Shown: positions 17,429 through 29,098, counted from the stretch's first letter. The stretch is DNA of 64,000 bases from an uncultured Pelagibacteraceae bacterium (GCA_902572475.1 CACGGB010000003.1:10642-74641); one strand, 5' to 3'. The notes: generated by a model not told the origin, from the sequence alone. Translations and numbers: made by a program.

Positions 17429-18805
17429 ATGAAAAAATGGAATTTAAATAGTTGGACGAAATTCCCTGCTAAACATTTGCCTGTTTATCAGGATAAGGAG
17501 GAACTTGAGTTAGTCTTAAGTAAAATTAAAAAATACCCGCCCCTTGTTTTTGCAGGAGAGTCTAGATCTTTAAAAAAAGCTCTAGCAGAAGTAGCTGAAG
17601 GAAAAGCATTTTTGCTACAAGGTGGTGATTGTGCTGAAAGTTTTGCTGAATTTCACCCAGATAATATTAGAGATACCTTTAAAGTTCTCTTGCAAATGTC
17701 GCTAGTTCTTACAGCGTCAGCTTCAATGCCAGTGGTAAAAGTTGGAAGAATTGCAGGGCAATTTTCAAAACCAAGAAGTGCACCTACTGAGAAAAAAGAT
17801 GGCAAAGAATTACCAAGTTATTTAGGAGATAACATTAATGGAATGGAATTTACAGAAAAAGCTAGAATACCTGATGCTAAAAGATTATTTAGAGCTTACT
17901 CGCAGTCTGCATCAACTTTAAATTTATTAAGAGCTTTTTCACAAGGAGGTTTTGCAGACTTAAGACAAGTACATTTATGGAATTTGGGATTTATTAAAGA
18001 TAAGACTAAAGGAAAGTATAAAGAAATAGAGGACAAGATCAGTGATGCTCTTGCTTTTATGGAAGCATGTGGAATTAATTCTGACAATAATAGAAGATTA
18101 AGATCTGTTAATTTTTATACATCTCATGAGGCTTTACTTCTTCCTTTTGAAGAGTCTATGACTAGAGTTGACTCAACTACAGGTGAATACCATGATACCT
18201 CTGCACATTTTGTTTGGATAGGAGATAGAACAAGACAACCTGATGGAGCACACGTAGAGTTTTGTAGAGGGATTAAAAATCCTATTGGGCTAAAATGTGG
18301 ACCAACATTAAAACCAGAAGAACTCGTAAACCTTTGTAATATTTTAAATCCAGATAATGAACCAGGAAGGTTGACATTGATATCAAGATTTGGTGCAGAC
18401 AATGTAGAAAAATATTTACCGAAATTAATCAAAGCGATTAAAAAAGAAGGTTTAAAAGTGATTTGGTCCTGTGATCCTATGCATGGAAATACCATTAAAG
18501 CAGCAACAGGATTTAAAACAAGAACTTTTGAAAGCGTACTTAAAGAAGTTAAAAATTTCTTCGCAGTCAGCCAATCAGAGGGCAGCTATGCGGGGGGTCT
18601 ACATGTTGAGATGACGGGTCAAGATGTGACAGAGTGTACTGGCGGGGCTCAAAAAATATCTGAGAACGATTTGTCAAATAGATACAGAACTCATTGTGAT
18701 CCCAGATTAAATGCAGATCAAGCTTTAGAATTAGCTTTCTTAATTTCTGAGGAAATCAAGAAAAATTCAAAAATATCAAACAAAATTATTCAAGCCGCGT
18801 CTTAA
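17429..18805 (+). CDS. Class II DAHP synthase
   Basis: [37 protein letters not shown] and CDPRLN. Confidence 0.96.
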   Translation: MKKWNLNSWTKFPAKHLPVYQDKEELELVLSKIKKYPPLVFAGESRSLKKALAEVAEGKAFLLQGGDCAESFAEFHPDNIRDTFKVLLQMSLVLTASASMPVVKVGRIAGQFSKPRSAPTEKKDGKELPSYLGDNINGMEFTEKARIPDAKRLFRAYSQSASTLNLLRAFSQGGFADLRQVHLWNLGFIKDKTKGKYKEIEDKISDALAFMEACGINSDNNRRLRSVNFYTSHEALLLPFEESMTRVDSTTGEYHDTSAHFVWIGDRTRQPDGAHVEFCRGIKNPIGLKCGPTLKPEELVNLCNILNPDNEPGRLTLISRFGADNVEKYLPKLIKAIKKEGLKVIWSCDPMHGNTIKAATGFKTRTFESVLKEVKNFFAVSQSEGSYAGGLHVEMTGQDVTECTGGAQKISENDLSNRYRTHCDPRLNADQALELAFLISEEIKKNSKISNKIIQAAS

Positions 18806-18827
18806 TAATTATTGTAATTATTAAGAC
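18799..18827. other. 13-bp perfect inverted repeat overlapping the DAHP synthase stop
   Basis: GTCTTAATAATTA-ttg-TAATTATTAAGAC. Confidence 0.7.
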
Positions 18828-18858
18828 CAAACCTTAAAAGAGAGGTAAGGTACTAATT

Positions 18859-19596
18859 ATGGATGTAAAAAAAAGAGCTAAAATCATAACTGAATGGATA
18901 AATAACTATTGCGATTCGTCATCGTACAAACCTAAAGCATTAGTTGTTGGGATTTCAGGAGGAATTGACTCTTCAGTTGTTAGTACTTTATGTGCAAATA
19001 CTGGTAAAAAAACAATTGTGTTAACAATGCCAATCAAACAAATTAAGTCACAACATGACTTAAGCCTTTCACATGCAAAGTGGTTAAAACAAAAGTATAA
19101 TAATGTTGAGCATCATCTATTAGAAATGGATAAAATATTTACCTCTTTTTCTCAAGTTTTGAATAAATTTGATAATGAGCATGGATATGCAAATTCTAGA
19201 GCAAGATTAAGAATGGCAACATTATATCAAGTAGCAGCAGCTAACAGTGGAATAGTTGTTGGTACGGGTAATAAAGTTGAGGACTTTGGCGTTGGTTTTT
19301 ATACTAAATATGGAGATGGTGGAGTTGATATTTCACCTATAGCTGACTGCACTAAAACACAAGTTTGGGAACTCGGAAAACATTTAGGAGTATCAGAAGA
19401 TATAATAAATACTCCTCCAACAGATGGTTTATGGGATGATGGAAGAAACGATGTTCAACAACTTGGAATGAGCTATGAGGATCTTGAGAAAGCGATGGTA
19501 AATAAAAATGATCCAAACTACCAAAAATATTTAGAAATTAGAGAGAAAAATTTACACAAAATGAACCCTATACCTGTTTGCAAATTTAATGAGTAA
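18859..19596 (+). CDS. nadE: NH3-dependent NAD+ synthetase
   Basis: SGGIDS, ARLRM, TKYGDG and PPTDGLW. No glutaminase domain. Confidence 0.95.
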   Translation: MDVKKRAKIITEWINNYCDSSSYKPKALVVGISGGIDSSVVSTLCANTGKKTIVLTMPIKQIKSQHDLSLSHAKWLKQKYNNVEHHLLEMDKIFTSFSQVLNKFDNEHGYANSRARLRMATLYQVAAANSGIVVGTGNKVEDFGVGFYTKYGDGGVDISPIADCTKTQVWELGKHLGVSEDIINTPPTDGLWDDGRNDVQQLGMSYEDLEKAMVNKNDPNYQKYLEIREKNLHKMNPIPVCKFNE

Positions 19597-20935
19597 TCTT
19601 TTATTAACCAATTCATTAACAAGAAAGAAAGAAATTTTTAAACCAATAAATCCAAAAAGAATTTCTTTATATGCTTGTGGTCCTACAGTTTATGATAATC
19701 CCCACGTTGGTAATGCTAGGAGTTTAGTTGTATTCGATGTTTTATACCGAATTTTGAAAGTATTATACGGATCTAATGTTACTTACGTGCGAAATATCAC
19801 AGATGTTGACGACAAAATAATTGAGGCATCTCATAAAAATAAAATGAGCATTGAAGAGATTACAAAAAAAATAACTAATGTTTTTCATGAAAATTGCAAA
19901 AGTTTAAATTGTTTAAAGCCATCAATAGAACCAAAAGCCACTGAACACATAAAAGGAATGATTGAAATGACTGCTTCATTAATCTCAAAAGGGTTTGCAT
20001 ATGAAAATAAGGGAAATGTTTATTTTTCAGTGAACTCATTTAAAGATTATGGAAAGTTATCAAATAAGAATTTAGACGAATTAAAAGCAGGAACTAGAAT
20101 AGAAGTTTCTGATTTAAAAAAAAATCCTGTTGATTTTGTTTTATGGAAACCATCAAAAAATGAGGACCCTGGCTGGGAGTCGCCGTGGGGTAGAGGAAGA
20201 CCTGGTTGGCATTTAGAGTGTTCTGTAATGAGTGAAAAATATTTAGGTAAAAACTTTGACATACACGGTGGTGGTCTTGATCTAATTTTCCCCCATCACG
20301 AAAATGAAATAGCCCAATCTTGTAGCAATAATAATACAAAAAGTTTTGCAAATTATTGGGTTCATAATGGATTTGTTACAATCAATAGGGAAAAAATGTC
20401 AAAGTCTTTAGGAAATGTAATAACTATATCAGACGCAGTTAACAAATATTCTGGTCAAGTAGTCAGACTAGCTCTTTTGAGCGCACATTATAGTCAACCA
20501 CTTGATTGGAATGATGAACTTTTAAATAGTCAACAAAGTATTCTTGATAAATGGTACAATCTTTATTCTGAAAAGAAAGAGGATATCTTTGATATCGACA
20601 AAATATTATTAGATGATTTAAATACTCCAGGGTACATAGCAAAGATACATGAATTATATAATGACGCCACTAAAGGAGATGAACAAAAAAAATCAAAATT
20701 TAACAAAGCATGCAAACTTATTGGTCTTTTTAATATAAGCAAGAAAGAGTGGGAGAGTTCCAAAAAGAGTAAAATTAGTGTATCTGAAAACTATATATCA
20801 AAAAAAATTGAAGAGAGATCTAAAGCTAAAAATAGTGGTAATTTTGTTCTCGCTGATAAAATAAGAGAAGAATTATTATCAAAAGGCATAATGATTGAAG
20901 ATCAAAAAGGAAAAACAATTTGGAAAATAAAATGA
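19589..20935 (+). CDS. cysS: Cysteine--tRNA ligase
   Basis: CGPTVY, HVGN, PGWHLEC, DLIFPHHENE and KMSKS. Confidence 0.98.
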   Translation: MSNLLLTNSLTRKKEIFKPINPKRISLYACGPTVYDNPHVGNARSLVVFDVLYRILKVLYGSNVTYVRNITDVDDKIIEASHKNKMSIEEITKKITNVFHENCKSLNCLKPSIEPKATEHIKGMIEMTASLISKGFAYENKGNVYFSVNSFKDYGKLSNKNLDELKAGTRIEVSDLKKNPVDFVLWKPSKNEDPGWESPWGRGRPGWHLECSVMSEKYLGKNFDIHGGGLDLIFPHHENEIAQSCSNNNTKSFANYWVHNGFVTINREKMSKSLGNVITISDAVNKYSGQVVRLALLSAHYSQPLDWNDELLNSQQSILDKWYNLYSEKKEDIFDIDKILLDDLNTPGYIAKIHELYNDATKGDEQKKSKFNKACKLIGLFNISKKEWESSKKSKISVSENYISKKIEERSKAKNSGNFVLADKIREELLSKGIMIEDQKGKTIWKIK

Positions 20936-22536
20936 AAAAAGAAAAAATTTATATTTTTGATACGACACTGCGAGACGGAGCTCAAACAGAGGGCGTTGAC
21001 TTCACAATTGAGGATAAAAATAAGATTGCAAAAGTTTTATCTGATATAGGTGTTGACTATATTGAAGGGGGATGGCCTGGAGCAAATCCAGTCGATACGA
21101 AATTTTTTTCAAAACCTCCTAAAATGCATAAAACACAATTTACAGCGTTTGGAATGACAAAAAAAACAGGTAGAAGCGCTGATAACGATCCTGGTTTGGC
21201 TTCATTAGTTAATGCTAATACGCCTGCTGTATGCGTTGTTGGAAAATCATGGGATTTTCATGTCAAAGTTGCCCTTGGCATTAAAAATGAAGAAAATTTA
21301 GATAATATAAAAGAGACTACAAAACATTTTGTAAAGAACAATAAAGAATTTTTATTTGATGCTGAACATTTTTTTGATGGTTACAAAGCTAACTCTGAAT
21401 ATGCAATTTCTTGTCTTAAACAAGCATATGATAACGGAGCAAGATGGGTAGTTTTATGCGATACAAACGGAGGTACTTTACCAAATGAGGTAAGAGAGAT
21501 CGTGTCAAAAGTTTCTAAAGTAATTCCCGGAAAAAATCTTGGTATTCACGCTCATAACGATACAGAAAATGCTGTCGCAAATTCTTTAGCTGCTGTGGAA
21601 TGTGGTGCAAGACAAATTCAAGGCACTATAAATGGATTAGGAGAAAGATGTGGTAACGCAAATTTAATGTCAATAATTCCTAATTTATGTCTTAAAAAAT
21701 CTTTTAGTGATAAGTTTGAGATAAATATTAAAAAAGAAAAACTATCCTCTTTAACAGATTGTTCAAGATTGTTGGACGAAATATTAAATAGAAAACCAAA
21801 TAAAAATATGGCTTATGTAGGTGCATCAGCCTTTTCACATAAAGGCGGTTTACATGTTTCAGCAGTAAAAAAGGACCCAAAAACCTATGAACATATTGAT
21901 CCTAAATTAATAGGCAATCACAGAAATATAATTATTTCGAATCAATCAGGAAGATCAAACATACTATCAAGGTTAGAGAAATATGGAGTAAAAATTGACT
22001 CTAAAGACTCAAAAGTTCAAAAAATTTTAGATGAGGTCAAAGATAGAGAGTTTAGCGGTTATTCTTATGATGGTGCAGATGCGTCTTTTGAACTTTTAGC
22101 TAATAGACTTTTAGGCAAAGTGCCAGAATACTTAAAAGTGAAAAGCTATGATGTTAATGTTTCTAAATCAGATAAGATTAAAACTAAAGCTAGTGTTGTT
22201 TTTTTAATCGATAGTAAAGAAATCGAGTGTCATGGTGAAGGTAATGGTCCAGTAAACGCGTTAGATAATGCTATAAGATCAAATTTTAAAAAGGTGACAA
22301 AATATTATAATTTTTTTTCTGACCTTAAATTGCTTGATTACAAAGTGAGAATTTTAAATACAGGTACTGAGGCTACAACAAGAGTGTTAATTGAGAGTAC
22401 CGATAAAAAAGGTATAAGTTGGTTTACTGTTGGTGTTTCTCCAAATATAATTGAAGCTTCATTTAAAGCATTAATTGATAGTCTAGATTACAAGCTTTAT
22501 AAAGAAAAAGCTCCAGCCAATTTAAATGAAAAATAA
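20932..22536 (+). CDS. cimA: Citramalate synthase
   Basis: DTTLRDGAQ, EGGWPGANP, DAEHFFDG, HAHND and YEHIDP. Conserved cysS-cimA order. Confidence 0.9.
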   Translation: MKKEKIYIFDTTLRDGAQTEGVDFTIEDKNKIAKVLSDIGVDYIEGGWPGANPVDTKFFSKPPKMHKTQFTAFGMTKKTGRSADNDPGLASLVNANTPAVCVVGKSWDFHVKVALGIKNEENLDNIKETTKHFVKNNKEFLFDAEHFFDGYKANSEYAISCLKQAYDNGARWVVLCDTNGGTLPNEVREIVSKVSKVIPGKNLGIHAHNDTENAVANSLAAVECGARQIQGTINGLGERCGNANLMSIIPNLCLKKSFSDKFEINIKKEKLSSLTDCSRLLDEILNRKPNKNMAYVGASAFSHKGGLHVSAVKKDPKTYEHIDPKLIGNHRNIIISNQSGRSNILSRLEKYGVKIDSKDSKVQKILDEVKDREFSGYSYDGADASFELLANRLLGKVPEYLKVKSYDVNVSKSDKIKTKASVVFLIDSKEIECHGEGNGPVNALDNAIRSNFKKVTKYYNFFSDLKLLDYKVRILNTGTEATTRVLIESTDKKGISWFTVGVSPNIIEASFKALIDSLDYKLYKEKAPANLNEK

Positions 22537-23251
22537 ATTTGGGTTTATATTAGTTAAACCTCAATTAGGTGAGAATATTGGCGCATGTGCTAGGTCAATG
22601 AAAAATTTTGGTTTTAAAAAATTAAATATCGTTTCACCAAAATTTACCTTTCCTAATCACAAAACAAAAGTAACTTCTGTTGGTGCATACGATATAATAA
22701 AAAATACAAAAGTTTTTAAACAAGTAGACAGTGCAATAAAAGAATTTGATTTAGTTATCTCTTTAAGTGCAAGAAGGAGAGATATTAATAAAAAACACAT
22801 TTCTATGCGAGATTTTTCAAGTATTTTGAACAGTCGAAAATATTCTAAAATTGGGCTGATGTTTGGGCCAGAGTCCTCAGGTCTTTCAAATAAAGATCTT
22901 GCTTTATCAAATTTTGTCCTACAAATTCCAACTTCAAAAAATTATAAGTCTTTGAACTTATCTCACTCAATGACAATTGTTTGTTACGAAATATTTAAGG
23001 CTTTTAATAATAAATCCTTTATAAAAAAAGGAAAAAAAATAAAAATATCTCCAAAATCTAAGATAATATCAGTTGTAAAACATTTATTGAAATTACTTGA
23101 TGAAAAAAATTTTTTTCTTCCAAAAGAAAAAAAACACTCAATGATCCTAAACATTCATAACTTAATTTATAGACTTGAGCCTAACGACAAAGAATTAAGG
23201 ATTTTGGCTAGTATTATAAGCTCTTTAAATAAAAAAACTTTTAAACCGTAA
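22526..23251 (+). CDS. trmJ: TrmJ/LasT SPOUT RNA methyltransferase
   Basis: PQLGENIGACARSMKNFG, FGPESSGLSN and SLNLSHS. Confidence 0.85.
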   Translation: MKNKFGFILVKPQLGENIGACARSMKNFGFKKLNIVSPKFTFPNHKTKVTSVGAYDIIKNTKVFKQVDSAIKEFDLVISLSARRRDINKKHISMRDFSSILNSRKYSKIGLMFGPESSGLSNKDLALSNFVLQIPTSKNYKSLNLSHSMTIVCYEIFKAFNNKSFIKKGKKIKISPKSKIISVVKHLLKLLDEKNFFLPKEKKHSMILNIHNLIYRLEPNDKELRILASIISSLNKKTFKP

Positions 23252-23279
23252 TTGACAAACCCAACTGAAATCCTATAAG
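23252..23279 (+). promoter_or_regulatory. Sigma70-like promoter of rpsD
   Basis: TTGACA-16nt-TATAAG. Confidence 0.65.
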
Positions 23280-23296
23280 AACTCATCAATAAAATT

Positions 23297-23914
23297 ATGA
23301 CAAAAAGATTAAAATCAAAACATAAAGTTGATAGAAGGTTGAAAGCTAATATTTGGGGTAGACCAAAAAGTCCTTTTAATTCACGAGCATATCCACCAGG
23401 CCAGCACGGACAAAACAAAAAAGGAAAACCTACTGACTACGGTGTCCAACTACAAGCTAAGCAAAAGTTGAAAGCTTATTATGGTAACATTAATGAGAGA
23501 CAGTTTAGAAATATTTACAGAAAAGCTTTATCTAAAAAAGGTGATACAACAGAAAATTTAATAGCACTTCTTGAAAGTCGATTAGACACAGTTATTTATA
23601 GAGCAAAGTTTGCTCCCACAGTATTTGCAGCAAGGCAAATGATTAACCATGGTCATATAAAAGTTAATAAAAAAAGAGTAAATATAGCAAGCTACGTTGT
23701 GAGAAATACAGATTTGATTGAGATAAGAGAAAAATCAAAAAAACTTACATTTATAGATGGATCTTTACAAAGCAAAGAGAGAGATGTTCCAGAATATATT
23801 CAACTAGATAACAAAAACAAAACAGCTAAGTTGATAAGAGTACCAAAATTTTCCGAGGTGCCTTATCCCGTGATAATGGAACCTAACTTAGTAATTGAAT
23901 ATTATTCTAGATAA
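23297..23914 (+). CDS. rpsD: 30S ribosomal protein S4
   Basis: [25 protein letters not shown] and VIEYYSR. Confidence 0.98.
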   Translation: MTKRLKSKHKVDRRLKANIWGRPKSPFNSRAYPPGQHGQNKKGKPTDYGVQLQAKQKLKAYYGNINERQFRNIYRKALSKKGDTTENLIALLESRLDTVIYRAKFAPTVFAARQMINHGHIKVNKKRVNIASYVVRNTDLIEIREKSKKLTFIDGSLQSKERDVPEYIQLDNKNKTAKLIRVPKFSEVPYPVIMEPNLVIEYYSR

Positions 23915-24658
23915 TTGAATTTTTTTAGCCTTTTTAAAAGAAGAATTATATATTATTTAAAAAAAAAATACTCTGTAGATCAAGATTATTTTCCGAGCGC
24001 AAATCTAGACTATTTGTTAAATCACTACGGCAGCGACAAAGCACATATATTTGCAAAAACAAACAATACAGGACATGGCTTTTCTAATTTTTATGAGGAA
24101 CAACTTAAGAATTGGAAAGATAGAGAAATAAAGATTTTAGAAATAGGATCATTTGCAGGGGCATCTGCAGCTGCTTTTGTAAAATATTTTAATAAAGCAA
24201 AAGTTTTTTGTTTTGACGTTAATATATCTAATTTTAAATATGATTCAAAAAATATTGAAGTTTTTGGTATTGACATAAATAATACAAAAAAAATTATAGA
24301 TATTTTAAGAAAAATTTTCAATAACCATAACTTTGAAAATTTTGATTTAATCATCGACGATGGCTCTCATCAGCTGAGTGATATTCTTTATAGTCTAAAA
24401 TTTTTTTTTAAGTATTTAAAAAGAGATGGAATATTTGTAATTGAAGATTATAAACATCCAAATTATTACAAATATAATAATGATATCGACCATATTTTGG
24501 TAGATGAATTGTTAAATAATTTAAAAGAGAAAAGAAATTTCAAATCTTCTCTTTTTACAAATGATGACCAGTTATACTTGTTCGGAAAGATAAGGAAAAT
24601 TGAAACTTATGAAGGAAATTTAAATGACTCGAATATCTGTTTTATTAAAAAAAGCTAG
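23915..24658 (+). CDS. Class I SAM-dependent methyltransferase (MycE/CmcI-like)
   Basis: YGSDK, ILEIGS..GAS, FDLIIDDGSH and GIFVIED. TTG start directly after the rpsD stop. Confidence 0.75.
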   Translation: MNFFSLFKRRIIYYLKKKYSVDQDYFPSANLDYLLNHYGSDKAHIFAKTNNTGHGFSNFYEEQLKNWKDREIKILEIGSFAGASAAAFVKYFNKAKVFCFDVNISNFKYDSKNIEVFGIDINNTKKIIDILRKIFNNHNFENFDLIIDDGSHQLSDILYSLKFFFKYLKRDGIFVIEDYKHPNYYKYNNDIDHILVDELLNNLKEKRNFKSSLFTNDDQLYLFGKIRKIETYEGNLNDSNICFIKKS

Positions 24659-24972
24659 ATGATTTTTTTTGTCTCAAAAAGTTTCTTTAATTCACCCTTC
24701 TCAAACATTTCTTTAACTATATCACACCCGCCTATAAACTCTTCTTTAACATAAAGTTGTGGTATAGTAGGCCAGTCGCTATATTCTTTAATTCCTTGTC
24801 TTAGATTTTCATCTTCTAAAACATTTACACCTTTAAACTCAACCTTTAGGTGCTTAAGAACATTAGAAACAGCCATTGAAAAACCACATTGAGGCTGCTC
24901 AGGTGTTCCTTTCATGAATAAACAAACGTCATTTTTTTTAATTAAATCATTAATCTTATCTTTTATATTCAT
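24655..24972 (-). CDS. grxD: Monothiol glutaredoxin
   Basis: FMKG, CGFS, WPTIPQL and GGCD. Confidence 0.96.
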   Translation of the reverse strand: MNIKDKINDLIKKNDVCLFMKGTPEQPQCGFSMAVSNVLKHLKVEFKGVNVLEDENLRQGIKEYSDWPTIPQLYVKEEFIGGCDIVKEMFEKGELKKLFETKKII

Positions 24973-25202
24973 TATTCTGTAAAAGTATTTATTGATAATG
25001 CGTGTAACTCATTTCCCATTTTACCTTTAAGTGATTTATACACTAATTTATGTTGCTCTATTTTATTTAAATTTTTAAACATTTTTGATTTTATTGTAGC
25101 TGAGTAATGATTATTATCACCAGCTAAATCTTTTATTTCTATTGAAGCATCTGGAATCGTTTCTTTAATTAATTTTTTTATTTCATTAATAGCTAAAGGC
25201 AT
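24972..25202 (-). CDS. bolA: BolA/IbaG family protein
   Basis: DLAGDNNHY, QHKLVY and LHALSI. Adjacent to grxD. Confidence 0.92.
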   Translation of the reverse strand: MPLAINEIKKLIKETIPDASIEIKDLAGDNNHYSATIKSKMFKNLNKIEQHKLVYKSLKGKMGNELHALSINTFTE

Positions 25203-27382
25203 TAATAGTTATTATACCATTGATTATTTGCTTTATATAGGACATTTGTGTCTATTTTCATTTCATTTTCTATTTCAAAAAAATTTTCTTGCGTTTTGCC
25301 AATTATCTCATAATAAATACTACCGCTTTTCAAAAATTTTTCTACTGAGGTTAAATTTTTTTCATCAATCTCTAAGACGTATCTACCTTGATCTTCGCCG
25401 AAGAAATACTCTTTTAAATCCCTAAGTTTCTTTGATTTTTCAATTTTGATGCCTAAATTAGATCCCATACTCATTTCACTTAATGCAATAAGTAGGCCAC
25501 CATTAGAAATATCGTGTGCAGATAAAACTAATTTTCTTTCAATAAGCTTTAATACCATTTCTCCATTATTTTTTTCATTAATTAAATTTATTTCAGGAGG
25601 ATTGCCATCAATTATAGAGTAATTTTCTTTTAAGAAGCAGCTTTGTTCAAGATGACCAAAAGTTTTGCCTATTAAAACTATAATACTTTTTTCTTTTTTA
25701 AATTTATGACTTAGCGTTTTGTTAAGATTTTGGATTAATCCAACGCCCCCAATCACTGGAGTCGGATAAATATTTTTTTTATTTGTTCCATTATAAAAAG
25801 AAACATTGCCTGAAACCACAGGGAATTTTAAAAACTCACAAGCCTCTTTTATACCTTCTAAACATTCAGCAAATTCTCCCATAATCTCTTCATTTTCAGG
25901 ATTTCCAAAGTTTAAACAATTTGTAATAGCCAAAGGTTTTGAACCAACAGAAATTAAATTTCTCCAGTTTTCACAAACAATTTGCTTTCCTCCAGTAATT
26001 GGATGCGATTTACAATAATTAGCTGAAGAGTCAACAGATAAAGCGATAGCTTTATTTTTATCATGTATTCTAATAATAGCCGCATCAGAACCTGATTTTT
26101 GTGCAGTATCACACATTACCATTTGATCATATTGGTTAGTAATCCAACTTTTATTAGAGTGATTAGGGGAGGAAAGTATTTTTATTAAAGCATCCTCGAT
26201 TTTAATTTTCTTTAATTTTTTTAAATCTAATTTTTTTCTGGAAATTTTTTTTTTTGACCATTTTCTATTATAAATCGGCGCTTTCGATGCTAAAGCTTCT
26301 AAAGGAATTTCTCCCTCAATCTTATTTTTAAATTTTAAAGTTAATTTGTTTGTATTAGTTGTTCTTCCGATAATTACAAAATCTAAATCCCATTTAGCAA
26401 ATATCTGTCTTGCATAATCTTCTTTACCATCCTCTAAAATAATTAACATTCTTTCTTGACTTTCTGACAGCATCATCTCGTAAGGTGTCATATTTTCCTC
26501 TCTACATGGAACTTTATCGAGCTCTAATTCAATTCCTAAAGAACCTTTGGAAGCCATTTCAACACTTGAAGATGTTAAGCCTGCAGCACCCATATCTTGA
26601 ATAGCAATAATAGAGTCATCTTTCATTAATTCTAAACATGCTTCCAAAAGTAATTTTTCTGTAAAAGGATCACCGACTTGAACAGTTGGTTTTTTATCTT
26701 CAGAATTTTCATCAAATTCAGCAGAAGCCATTGAAGCACCATGTATACCGTCACGACCGGTTTTGGATCCAACGTACACAACTGATTTGTTGACACCTTT
26801 AGCTTTTGAATAAAAAATTTTATTTTTTTTTGCATGACCAACCGCCATTGCATTTACTAGTATATTTTCGTTATAAGTTTCGTTAAATTTTGTTTCTCCA
26901 GCAACAGTAGGTATTCCTATACAATTGCCATATCCACCAATACCAGAAACTACTCCATTTAGAAGACTTTTAGTTTTTGGATGATTTGGTGAACCGAAAT
27001 GAATCGAATTTAAAAGAGCAATAGGTCTTGCGCCCATAGTAAAAACATCCCTTAAAATTCCTCCCACTCCTGTTGCAGCTCCTTGATAAGGTTCGATATA
27101 GGAAGGGTGATTATGGCTTTCAATTTTAAAAACTATTGCATCATCGTCTCCGATATCAATAACACCTGCATTTTCACCTGGACCTTGAATTACCTGTTTT
27201 CCTTTTGTAGGAAGTTTTTTTAAATGCAGTCTTGAAGATTTATAAGAGCAATGCTCATTCCACATTGCAGAAAAAATTCCAAGCTCTAATAGATTAGGAT
27301 TTCTTTTAAGAAGTTTTTTAATGCTTTCATATTCCTCTTTTTTAAGTCCATGTTTTTCAATGATAGTATTAGTAATTTCCAT
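25202..27382 (-). CDS. purL: Phosphoribosylformylglycinamidine synthase subunit PurL
   Basis: [23 protein letters not shown] and LSESQERM. Confidence 0.98.
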   Translation of the reverse strand: MEITNTIIEKHGLKKEEYESIKKLLKRNPNLLELGIFSAMWNEHCSYKSSRLHLKKLPTKGKQVIQGPGENAGVIDIGDDDAIVFKIESHNHPSYIEPYQGAATGVGGILRDVFTMGARPIALLNSIHFGSPNHPKTKSLLNGVVSGIGGYGNCIGIPTVAGETKFNETYNENILVNAMAVGHAKKNKIFYSKAKGVNKSVVYVGSKTGRDGIHGASMASAEFDENSEDKKPTVQVGDPFTEKLLLEACLELMKDDSIIAIQDMGAAGLTSSSVEMASKGSLGIELELDKVPCREENMTPYEMMLSESQERMLIILEDGKEDYARQIFAKWDLDFVIIGRTTNTNKLTLKFKNKIEGEIPLEALASKAPIYNRKWSKKKISRKKLDLKKLKKIKIEDALIKILSSPNHSNKSWITNQYDQMVMCDTAQKSGSDAAIIRIHDKNKAIALSVDSSANYCKSHPITGGKQIVCENWRNLISVGSKPLAITNCLNFGNPENEEIMGEFAECLEGIKEACEFLKFPVVSGNVSFYNGTNKKNIYPTPVIGGVGLIQNLNKTLSHKFKKEKSIIVLIGKTFGHLEQSCFLKENYSIIDGNPPEINLINEKNNGEMVLKLIERKLVLSAHDISNGGLLIALSEMSMGSNLGIKIEKSKKLRDLKEYFFGEDQGRYVLEIDEKNLTSVEKFLKSGSIYYEIIGKTQENFFEIENEMKIDTNVLYKANNQWYNNY

Positions 27383-27384
27383 AT

Positions 27385-28062
27385 TTAATGCAATATACTA
27401 GAAAACAAATTTACTCCGTCGGTATTAGAAATAAATTTATCAACCATTCTCTCAGGATGAGGCATCATCCCCAAGATATTTTTTTTCGAATTGAATATTC
27501 CAGCTATATTGTCCATAGCCCCATTAGGATTAGATTGATTATTAATATTCCCTTTTTCATCACAATATTTAAAAGCAATTAAATTTTCATTTTTTAGTTC
27601 ATTTAAATGAGTTGAGTTTGTAAAGTAATTACCTTCATTGTGCGCAATATTTATTTTTAAAATTTGATTCAACTTGTATTTTGAAGTAAATCTTGTTTGA
27701 TTATTGATTACTTTGATATTTATATCTTTATTAATAAATTTAAGATTTTTATTTCTTAACAATGTACCCTTTAACAATCCAGTTTCTGTTAAAATTTGAA
27801 ATCCATTACAAATACCTAAAACTAAACATCCTGAGTTAGCTGCTTTAATTACTTCTTCAATGATTAAAGACTTTCCTGCGATTGCACCAGAACGTAAATA
27901 ATCCCCATATGAAAAGCCTCCAGGGATAACAATTAAATCAGATTTTGGTAAATCAGTTTCCTTATGCCAAACCATTTGATTTTTAAACTGCATTTTCTCT
28001 AGCGCTTTTGCTATGTCTCTATCACAGTTTGAACCAGGAAAAACAATTACTGAGGATTTCAT
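27385..28062 (-). CDS. purQ: FGAM synthase glutaminase subunit
   Basis: [22 protein letters not shown] and MPHPER. Confidence 0.97.
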   Translation of the reverse strand: MKSSVIVFPGSNCDRDIAKALEKMQFKNQMVWHKETDLPKSDLIVIPGGFSYGDYLRSGAIAGKSLIIEEVIKAANSGCLVLGICNGFQILTETGLLKGTLLRNKNLKFINKDINIKVINNQTRFTSKYKLNQILKINIAHNEGNYFTNSTHLNELKNENLIAFKYCDEKGNINNQSNPNGAMDNIAGIFNSKKNILGMMPHPERMVDKFISNTDGVNLFSSILH

Positions 28063-28301
28063 TATAGTTTATTAATTTTATAATCCTCAATAATCAAATT
28101 TACTAGAAGCTTTTTACACATTCCGTCCACTTTAATCTCAGCTTTTTTTTGATCTTGCTCATCTATTTCTATTTCAAAAAATTTCCCTTGCCTGACAGAT
28201 TTTAGGTCACTCATACCTAAATTATTAAGTGTGTTTTGAACCACTTTCCCTTGTGGGTCCAAAACATCTTTTTTGAGTACTACTGTAACTGAAAATTTCA
28301 A
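28062..28301 (-). CDS. purS: FGAM synthase subunit PurS
   Basis: VLDPQG, VRQGK and LLVNLIIE. TTG start. Confidence 0.94.
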   Translation of the reverse strand: MKFSVTVVLKKDVLDPQGKVVQNTLNNLGMSDLKSVRQGKFFEIEIDEQDQKKAEIKVDGMCKKLLVNLIIEDYKINKL

Positions 28302-28302
28302 T

Positions 28303-29094
28303 TTATTTTTTCTTGAATTTTAAAGGAATAGTTTTTCCAAAATTAACTTCACTTATATTAGTTTCTTCAGGCATTATTCCAAATCTTCTAGCAACATCTT
28401 GGTAAGCTTGAATAATGTTTCCTAAGTCTTTTCTAAATCTGTCTTTATCTAGTTTTTTTTCAGTTTTTGAATCCCATAATCTGCATGTATCTGGGCTTAT
28501 TTCATCAGCTAAAACTATCTCTTTTTTTTCAGTATCTTTATTCCACGCTTTTCCATATTCGATTTTAAAATCTACAAGTTTTATTCCTATAGCTCTAAAC
28601 ATACCTGATAAAATATCATTAATTCTTAATGTGGTTTTGTCTATAGATTTAATTTCATTCTCAGAAGCCCATCCAAAAGAAAAAATATGCTCTCTTGAAA
28701 TTAATGGATCGTTTAATTCATCTTTTTTATAACAGTACTCTAATAAAGGTTTTTCAAGCACAGTGCCCTCTGGTATTCCTAATCTTTTCGTGAGTGAGCC
28801 AGTTGCAATATTTCTAACTATAAATTCTATTGGAAAAATTTCAGCTTTTTTTATTAACTGTTCTCGCATATTAAGTCTTTTGACCAGATGAGTTTTAATT
28901 CCACATTGTGACAAGTTTGTTAAAATATATTCTGAAATTCTATTATTCAAAACTCCTTTTCCTTCAACTTTTGCTTTTTTGAGATTATTGAAAGCAGTTG
29001 CGTCATCCTTAAAATGTTGAATTACTAAATTTTTATCTTTAGTTTCATAAATAACTTTTGCTTTACCTTCGTATAATTTATTACCTTTATTCAT
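28303..29094 (-). CDS. purC: SAICAR synthetase
   Basis: YEGKAK, DFKIEYG, DEISPDTCRLWD and DKDRFR. Confidence 0.97.
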   Translation of the reverse strand: MNKGNKLYEGKAKVIYETKDKNLVIQHFKDDATAFNNLKKAKVEGKGVLNNRISEYILTNLSQCGIKTHLVKRLNMREQLIKKAEIFPIEFIVRNIATGSLTKRLGIPEGTVLEKPLLEYCYKKDELNDPLISREHIFSFGWASENEIKSIDKTTLRINDILSGMFRAIGIKLVDFKIEYGKAWNKDTEKKEIVLADEISPDTCRLWDSKTEKKLDKDRFRKDLGNIIQAYQDVARRFGIMPEETNISEVNFGKTIPLKFKKK

Positions 29095-29098
29095 TCGA

